Origin: Fistulifera solaris
Lineage: Eukaryota
NCBI GenBank assembly: GCA_030295235.1
Contig: AP026151.1
Span: forward strand, 682,001 to 746,000
Length of the DNA: 64,000 bases
Direction: 5' to 3'
Positions 56,034 through 64,000 of the stretch are shown piece after piece. The notes beneath the pieces were generated by a model, which worked only from the letters and a program-made list of their open reading frames with translations, was not told the origin of the DNA and searched no databases. The position numbers were made by a program, and so were the translations under genes. Numbering within the stretch: the first letter of the stretch is position 1; each line of letters starts with the position of its first letter.

Positions 56034-56137
56034 ATGGATGCAAAATCACATATTCCGTTTTGATTTTTTTACAATTTCCCTAGCTGTTGAGTGAATCTAG
56101 ACAACAATGTAATTCTTGCCGAATGTTATTTTTCGTT

Positions 56138-57837
56138 TTATTGATATTGACCTTGTGCGATGACATCGTCGATCTTCAGAATCATTTTCACGACTTGCGC
56201 GGCAAGTTGAATCTGCTGTTGCTTGCCAATCAACGTTTCAAAGACGCCAACTTCACGCATATCCATAGCATGGCCATTGCGAGGAGCATCGACACTGGAT
56301 ACGCCGATACCGATGTACGGATTGTTCTCTGCCACTTGCTTGGCCTTGGCTGCAGCAACTTCCTCAATGGGTCGATAACCTGCGTTCTCCGCGAGCGCCA
56401 AAGGAAGGTCTTCCAAGGCATCCGCAAAGGCCCGTACGGCATACTGATCCACACCCGTAACGGTATCGGCGTATTGTTCCACCGCCAAGGCACACGCCAA
56501 TTCCGCCGACCCGCCACCGTAGACAACTCGATTGTCGCGAATCAAATTTCGTACGACGCACATGGCATCATGCAAAGACCGCTTGCCTTCTTCCACCACC
56601 ATGTGACTTCCCCCCACGGCACAATACCGTGACCGCCGAAGTGTGCATCGGGTGTTCAATCAGGAGCATGCGCTCGTTGCCCATTTGCACTTCCCGCACG
56701 GTTTTTGCGGTACCCAACTTTTCGGCACTGACTTGTTCAAATCGTGGAACAATTCTTCCACCCGTGACCATGGCAATGTGTTCAATTTCAACACCACCGA
56801 CCCAACGAACGGCCGGAAGATCATTCTGCAAAAGCAAATGGTTCGCTTCATCATCGAATCCCCACTGACAAATGACTAAATTCGCTCCCGTGTCTTTTAC
56901 CGCCTTTACCATGTTTCGAAAGTACGATTGCTCGTGATTGTACAATTCTTCGTACGCTTCGGGACTCGTAATATCCAATTTGTGCTTCGTCTTGGGCTTG
57001 GGCGGTTCAAACGGACACGTGAGAATGCAAATTTTGGCATCCTGAATGACTTTTGGCATTTGAGGATGCGATATTTCCTTATCAATGACGATCCCCGACA
57101 CCAATTCCGTGTCTTCCAAACTACCTCCGGTTTTGCCTTCCACACGAATGCGTTCAAAGTTGACATCCTTTCGCTCCAAATCGGCGACACGCAAGACGGC
57201 CGACACCGCAATGTCGGCCATTTTGTTCTTGTGCGATTGCAGAATTTTACTACTGAGCGTCGTTTGTGCCGTCGTTTTGAGTGCTTGATGATCATTGGCT
57301 TGGATGTCCATCGTTTCGGCAATACTTCCCAACGTTTGAATTGCCACACTGGCCGCCTTTTCAAAGCCTTCCGCAATACGGACCGGATGTATTCCCTTTT
57401 CAACAAATTCTCCGCCTGTTCCAAGAGAGAACCCGCCAATACAACGACACCCGTCGTGCCGTCCCCAATTTCATCATCTTGCGATTGACTCCAATTCGAC
57501 CATGAGTTTGGCGACGGGATGATCGATTTGCAATTGTTCCAAGATGGTGGCACCATCATTCGTAATAGAAACATCTCCATCGGGACTCACGAGCATCTTA
57601 TCGAGTCCTTTCGGACCCAAGGAGGTTCTTAATAAGGAAGAAATACTGCGGGCCGCCAAAATATTGCTGCGGACGGCTTCGTCGCCCTTGACGCGGGCTT
57701 TGGCCTGTTGCTCCTTTAATATAATAAAGGGGCGGCCGTATTCGTCTGAAGAATGAGCGAAAAGAATGAGTGCGATGACTTTATAATATCGTCGCACAAG
57801 AAAAAGATGCAATACACATACCATAGACCATGGACAT
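56138..57837 (-). CDS. CCT5: T-complex protein 1 subunit epsilon
   Basis: [18 protein letters not shown] (intron 57821-57746), [67 protein letters not shown]. About three homopolymer frameshifts. Confidence 0.96.
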
Positions 57838-58392
57838 TTTGAGAGAAGATACGAATGATGATTGAAAGATGACAAAGAGGCTTCTGTTAATCCTGTTATC
57901 AGCGATTCGACCTATACACCCACAGATCTATTAAGGAAGTGCAGAGAGAATAATTGAGACAAGTAAAACAAATGAATAAGATTTCAATTTGAGTTGACTA
58001 TATTTTTGCAACAACAACAAGAAAATAAAGAACCAAAAAATGGGCTGGAGGCTGGATCGATATCCTTGCACGAGCGCAGGACGAACGTGTCGGACGACCT
58101 CCAGACTGCCACTTGGTGAAATCGTGTAGGGAACTCATAACCTTGCGCGGATACGATGACGTTGAGTACCGCTTATTGGACTGTGACGAAAAAAGTACTG
58201 CAGGCGTTATCGGACCGGTGGAAAAGACACTCGAAATCCGCCCTCCAATTATAGTTTCAACAACAACAACAAAAATAGAAACCAATCGAGGATCAACAGG
58301 ATCATTCAAAGTAATTACACGCGACAACCATCCTCAACATCCCTTTTTACATTCATCGAGCTATATAGAGAAGAAATAAAGGCACAAACCGT

Positions 58393-60538
58393 ATGATAGA
58401 CTCCGAACAAGAGATCGAAGAACGGCCACCGTCTTTACAAGACTCCACCGTTGAAGATGAAATAATAATGATGCAGGAAACAACAGCTCAAGATAATATT
58501 AACACGACAACACCACACAACGACTCGGAGATATTATCGCAGGAAGATTGCTCAAATCGTCCAGATCCTCCATCCATTATCGATGGCGAAGAAGAGGTTC
58601 CTCCACGCGGAGATATTCCTACGGCCGTTTCGACCCTGGAAACGAATCAATCCTTACTCAGTGAAGATGATTTCTCCGTCTCAGATACACAAAAAGAATC
58701 ATTAGAAGGACCGGAGAACGATAACGAGGAATTGCTTATTGTCAATAACAACGACCAGAATGGTGTCATGGAAGAGAACGACCTACCGGAAGACTCGATG
58801 ATGGCGAGACCGAATCGGATAGCACGAGATCCTTCGATATCGTTAGTTGATGTGTTTTCTCCGACGGAGCCACAACAATCCAACAATGACAATGAAATAC
58901 AGCAGGCCGTGGAAGAATTGCACGTACGTCGGATGGCACAACCCGTGTGGGATGACAACGACGAGGATGGACTGGTTCGTCAGGATGATGTGGGACGGCA
59001 ACACGTACGAGAACGATTGACGCCTCGCATTGAATTGTTGCCTCCCATTGAAGAACGCCGATTTTTACGGGAACCCTTGCAGAAACAACGCTCCTTTGAA
59101 AACACGGCTACGAACCGACGAAGAATTCGACTCTTGTTACAAGAAGAAATGGATAAACGGTGGGACGATAGCTTCATTGGGCATATTCGTAGACGTTCGG
59201 CTTTGTTTCGGTCGCCGGTCGATGAAAGTCAGTATCAATCGCGTGGTCATATTACAATTTCGTGGTACGAAGGGACGTCGACGTTGGAATTGAATGAACA
59301 CGTTCGAAACAGTGCTATGCGAAAACTCAAATTAGCGTCTTATATGGAACTCAAGGATTTACGATTTCTCGATGAATCCATCGATCCTCCGGAAGGTATG
59401 TGCGAAGATGTATTCGGTATGCTGTATTGTTCGACTTGACTTATGTTTACTGTGTCGGAACAGAAATCGTCTTGTCTCCCTTTATTCCTGATGGAGCACA
59501 ATTCACTTTACAATTCGCCCTAAGTGATACTCGATACGATGGAGATATCAGTCCTGATGCCCCAGAGTCACCCTCGGCAGCTCCAAGCCCCAAACCAACC
59601 CGTTTCCTGTCCAATCTCAAAGAAAAGGAACTGTCATTGCTGCGCATGCCGTCGGTACGCCGTCACCCAATTGGCCTCAGTCGCTCGTGGGATACATTTC
59701 ACCAAACGCCGAAACATGTCAGCACACCCTTGGCGACGAATACGGAAGAAGATGAGAACCAATCCAAAAAGTCCGAGAAAAGTTTTGAAGATGAGCTGCC
59801 TCCACCAGAGAAGGAAGATCCGGTGGAAATGCGTCTGCGACAAATCACGGAACTTTTACTCAGCGATCAACGAGAACGGAGTCAGCATCAAGGTCGTCGA
59901 AACGAGAAACGGCAGGTTGTTTTCACTTTGGCAAATTATTTTGTGTTATTCCTATCGCTACTCGCCATTTCGGCAGAAATTCAAGCACGGGCACCAGCAT
60001 GGCTTCACAACCTGGAAATGCAAATGAAGAATGTCACCGACTGTGCCTCTGACAAGGAAGCCTTGTTTCGATGTGTGTCCAATGGGGAATTTGCCGGGTT
60101 GATAGCTTCTGTCATCATTTGGCTGACGCGCAATGTGGCCACCCGCAGAATCTTTCTGTTGGGATTTGAATCCCCTCAAAAGCTCTGGACAGTTGTCTAT
60201 GAAGCCCGTAAGTTACCAGATGACGTGCATTATACTTTTCTTGATTATGTGTTCTCACTCGGATAATAAAAACTCGTCTATTTGGTTTTACAGTGGTCAC
60301 TGCGTTTAGCTGGGGCTTTAGCTACCTGTTTGTTCGCCGTGCCCTGAACCCTGACACGCGGCCTCGATTTCTTCGAAAGTATTGGAAAGATGCCGTCTAT
60401 GGAAGTCTCGCCGGATTCAATGCTTTCTTTCTGAAACAAGTTCTGAAAAATTTAATACCGCAGGAAGCCGTGGAAGAGATGGTCTTTGAACCTCGGCTCA
60501 AAATTCTTTCGTGGTTACCCAGCTTCTCTTTGAAGTAA
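58393..60538 (+). CDS. Hypothetical membrane protein (acidic disordered N-terminus, small globular domain, C-terminal TM helices)
   Basis: Three exons joined by GT-AG introns 59396-59463 and 60208-60293. TM segments include VVFTLANYFVLFLSLLAISA and FAGLIASVIIWL. Confidence 0.7.
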
Positions 60539-60678
60539 AAATGCTACTACTATAATCGGCCGATAAAAGTAAATTGCTAAATCCAAATGCCGGTCCACAC
60601 AATATTTTTGACTCTAGATCCCTCTTTTTCAATTGCGACAAGCCAAAGCACCACTCGTTCTAGAAAACGCAGCCGCCA

Positions 60679-61466
60679 CTACAAATGATGAACCTTCCCA
60701 GCAAGTCCTATCAAATCAAGCTGCCGTTGTGCTCGAATTTCTTTCGACTTCATTTTCTCTTCTTGCCACTTTCGCCGTTCAGGATCGTCGAAGGAATCGA
60801 CTTGCCAGTCAACGTGTTTCAACGTCACGAGCTTGGCTTTCGCATTCTCCGTCCCGAGCAATTTCTGCAAGAGCGCTATAGCCACGACTTCTTCGACACC
60901 AAACGAAGGTTCTTCCTTATCATCGGTGAGTAAGCCGTCGGAAACGAGCTGAAATCCCGTTAACGATAATTTGTGCAAGTCCCATACCGCCAACGTATTC
61001 CAAGGACTCGTCGTTCCCGATAATAAAGTCACACATTCACCTCGAACAACGTGACCGGGCAGTCGAGCTCCTACCACGAGTGTATCGGGCGTCAAATGCG
61101 CCAGCAATTCCTGAATGCCGTCTCGATCCACCACGGTTTCCGCCGAAAGAAATAAAATACGGTCCGCCTGCAGCCGCTTCCGTGCGTAGATCACTAAAGC
61201 ATTCAAGGCAGAAACAAATTCCCCCCACGGCGTCACAGGTAAAACGTGTATTCGTTCGTCCACTTCTGCACACATCTGTGATACAGCATCCACTAAATTG
61301 TAGTTGGCGATCTTCGGCGTGGCGTCGACCGCAATAATCCCCACCGCACACGATGTTTGACAAATGTTGTGAAAAGCGGCGATTTTCGTCGCCAGATCGG
61401 TCGGGGCGGTCAACGCGTTACCCAAGTGCAGACGCGTCGCGACGACTATTTTGCGGAGCAACTCAT
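60679..61466 (-). CDS. Conserved hypothetical protein, possibly GT-A glycosyltransferase-like fold
   Basis: 260-aa ORF: IVVATRLH..IIAVDA..VLPVTPWGEFVSALNAL..ILFLSAE..LVVGARLPGH..PWNTLAVW..GVEEV. Nearest ATG (61466) is one frameshift upstream. Confidence 0.7.
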
Positions 61467-61649
61467 AATGGAAGAAGAGAAGGAAGCATTAAGTAAGGTG
61501 AATGCGATAAGAGCTGCAAGATCTAGTCGATAAAGAATCATCACAGTCTTTCATTGTCGTTTTAAAAACTACGGAGTAAAAAAATATCATCAGCATCGCG
61601 TCGTGACGAGCTTTCCGATCAAGGATCAATAGGTTATTACCTGGTTAGG

Positions 61650-61677
61650 GTGAGACGTGAGACGTGAGACGTGAGAC
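61650..61677. repeat. (GTGAGAC)x4 minisatellite in a divergent promoter
   Basis: GTGAGACGTGAGACGTGAGACGTGAGAC read directly. Confidence 0.9.
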
Positions 61678-62262
61678 ATACACTTTGTACGTTGTACACT
61701 ACATCAATTTAGTAGTAAGCTTAAAGTGAAAATGACATTGCAACGTACGACGTACGTCATGGACATCGTTCCATCTTTGTAACTTAAATATTGTAAAGTG
61801 TCCGGTACCCGGTATTCCGCTACTTGTTAATGCTAAAGTAATAAAAGTCATTCTTCACACTCGAGACACAATAAGTTTTAGAGTAGCGTTGAGAGATGCT
61901 ACGTACTTTACGTCATATAGTGTTGCCGCCAGTCGCCAGACGCCAGACGGCCTACGGCCTATTGTTTCTCCGTGCACACGCCACATCCACCACCCACGTT
62001 CGTTTTACAGCATCACGGTTCAGGTGGAAACAGACACATTAACAATAACCTCTCCATCATCACCCCCCGGCCTTTTCAACGTATCATCACCGACAACAAC
62101 TGATTGGAAAAGTTGTCCACGGCGCGTTCCAACCTTCCGGTGCTTCAGCACATCAGCAAGTTATTAGGCGTAACGAGTTTTCCTCTTATCTACTTTATTG
62201 ATTGCTCGATTTGACTAGTCACTTTTTTACTTATTAGCGTGCCTACTTGCACATTGTGCACC

Positions 62263-63333
62263 ATGAATGTGAATGACGACAGCTTAGATGATTGCAAGCC
62301 TTCCGCGACAAACACGCCGTCTGACATTGCCGATGCTTCAAAGAGCTCGGCTGAACGAAACGCCATGCTATCAACGGGGCTTCTCACAGGTCGTAACACA
62401 AGAGAGTTCGCTCATGCACTGAATCATGTATCAACGGAGGACTTGCCAACTTATACAAGAGATCATAACAGTCTTCTCACGTTTCCGGAAAAGGTACCGT
62501 ACATCAAGTTGGATCGATCGACTTTTCTACTTCGTTCAATCGTACACTCACGCTCACTTCTTCCGTTTCTTTAGTTCATGTTGTTGATGATATACGTTGA
62601 GCGCATCAGTTCTCAAGCTGGTCGGACAATGGAACATGAGGCAATTCATTGGCTAAGAGACGGTACCATGGTTGTCGTTCGCGACCCAGACGAGCTGTAC
62701 TCGAAATGGCTCGTTAAGTTTTTTGGCAATTTGAAGTATGATAGTTTCATCCGAAAAGTATACCGATGGGGGTTTCGAAAGTCTCCACCGACTACCTACG
62801 ATCTCCCTCCCAGTTTTCATGTCTTTTCACACCGGTGCTTTTGTCGTGATCGGATGGATCAGCTTTGTGAGATGAAAAGCACCACTGCAGTGAAAAGACG
62901 TTTCGCCACCAAGGCAGCCAAGGCAGCCGGCCCGCTTAACCGAAGCCAAACAATCGAATTGAAAGCGATTCAGCCAGCTGACACTGGAATCCTTTCAAAC
63001 CCACTCCTATCCAATACAAATATCCAGCAACAGTTTCATTTAGCACCACAGCTTCCAAACTACGCATCAATACTCGCAGAGCAATTACGTAGCCTGCAGA
63101 ATGAGGCCCTTTTAACCGAGTCCATACTTCGCCAATTACAAAACTATGACACCAGCGCGCAGGATTCACTCCGCTTTCAAATGCGGCTCAACCAGCCCGT
63201 ACAACCTTCTCTTCCTTCAATTCAAGAACTCGTTCAGCTAATTCGTCGTCAGAATGCAATCATTTCTCTACAGAGCCCATCGTCAGCGCTGGACGAGCTG
63301 CGTCGCCATCTACGGCAAAATCCGCCGCGCTAG
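62263..63333 (+). CDS. Heat-shock factor (HSF-type DNA-binding domain) transcription factor
   Basis: LTFPEK|FMLLM..AIHWLRDG..VVRDPDEL..LVKFFGNLKYDSFIRKVYRWGFRK..FSHRCFCRD. Intron 62494-62574; Q-rich C-terminus. Confidence 0.9.
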
Positions 63334-64000
63334 CGAACATCAACTGTCAACGTATGATCAACCATTCGTCTGCTCTTCTAGTTAGCGTAAGGAAACAGAC
63401 GATGCTGAAAATAGTCCGCAATCAGAGCTCATTAATCTCAATGCAACACATTTGCCGCAACAAATCACACGCCGCTTTTTTCTTGTTTTACGTCAGAAAC
63501 CCTTGTACACAAAACTTCACAGTGACACCTACAGTTAAAGTGCGCAAAGCATCCACTTTTGCGTCAGGCATCAGCCGTCAGCGCCAGCCCTCAGAAATCA
63601 GAACCATAGACCCTCCTATAGACTAGCTAGATCACCCGATTTCAAACAATGCTGTAACTCCTTAGATCTAGCCTAGCGACCAAAACAAATGGGTTCTTTA
63701 CAGCAGCATTCAAGCGTTATTTAACCACGAAAACACGTTGCGATAGTTTATCATCGACCTTCAATCCAAATTCCAATTTCTAATGTCCAAGAAAGCAGAC
63801 ATAGAAAAAACACATGATTTGAAGTCTGCTCAATGTGTCTTGTCGGATGCGGTAATGTTTTAGGTCACGAAGCTTCACGCCCTACCATGTTACCTGGTAG
63901 TGCTTTAAACTTTAAAAGGTACTAATAAAGATTTTCCGCTTAAGCTAGTTAATGGAAACGACGAAGTATGTTACATGTAAAAGTCAAACGGATGGAATAG

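Noticed and set aside
3818..57837. Programmed ribosomal frameshifting, or mass pseudogenisation of CCT5, USP, BRAP2 and formin
   Set aside because: The breaks inspected are mixed +1/-1 indels in homopolymers of conserved genes with no common signal. Sequencing error is more parsimonious.
61636..61650. U1-like TTACCTGG and a telomeric TTAGGG unit
   Set aside because: Single short matches with no U1 structure and no repeat array.

Overview
Gene-dense eukaryotic nuclear DNA, most likely a pennate diatom. The evidence is short GT-AG introns of about 60-150 nt, bipartite signal-peptide+Phe plastid leaders and several diatom-expanded protein families. About 30 genes or pseudogenes can be supported. 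Housekeeping and regulatory genes include a mitochondrial carrier, BRAP2, a very large USP24/34/9-like deubiquitinase, a FAM210/DUF1279-like protein, TEL2, NOSIP, RRP46, a formin, an NCA2-like protein, SIRT4, CCT5 and an HSF. Many conserved genes are split by single-base indels in homopolymers, which points to an under-polished long-read assembly. The most unusual region is 22.5-40.8 kb. A two-gene cassette of an RVxF/GELVHPAHW family is present as an inverted duplication, with a locally identical tract of about 220 bp and complementary lesions in the second gene. It brackets a ~14 kb segment holding an ATP-grasp gene, a triplicated Cys/His-domain gene under apparent concerted evolution, pseudogene debris, an ACT+2H-phosphoesterase fusion and RRP46. 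Also notable are a triplicated ~200-bp non-coding unit in a divergent promoter, a repeat-containing microprotein, and unusual domain architectures in the USP and the formin. No tRNA, rRNA, CRISPR array or autonomous transposon was recognised. All family calls come from motif recognition by eye, not database searches.
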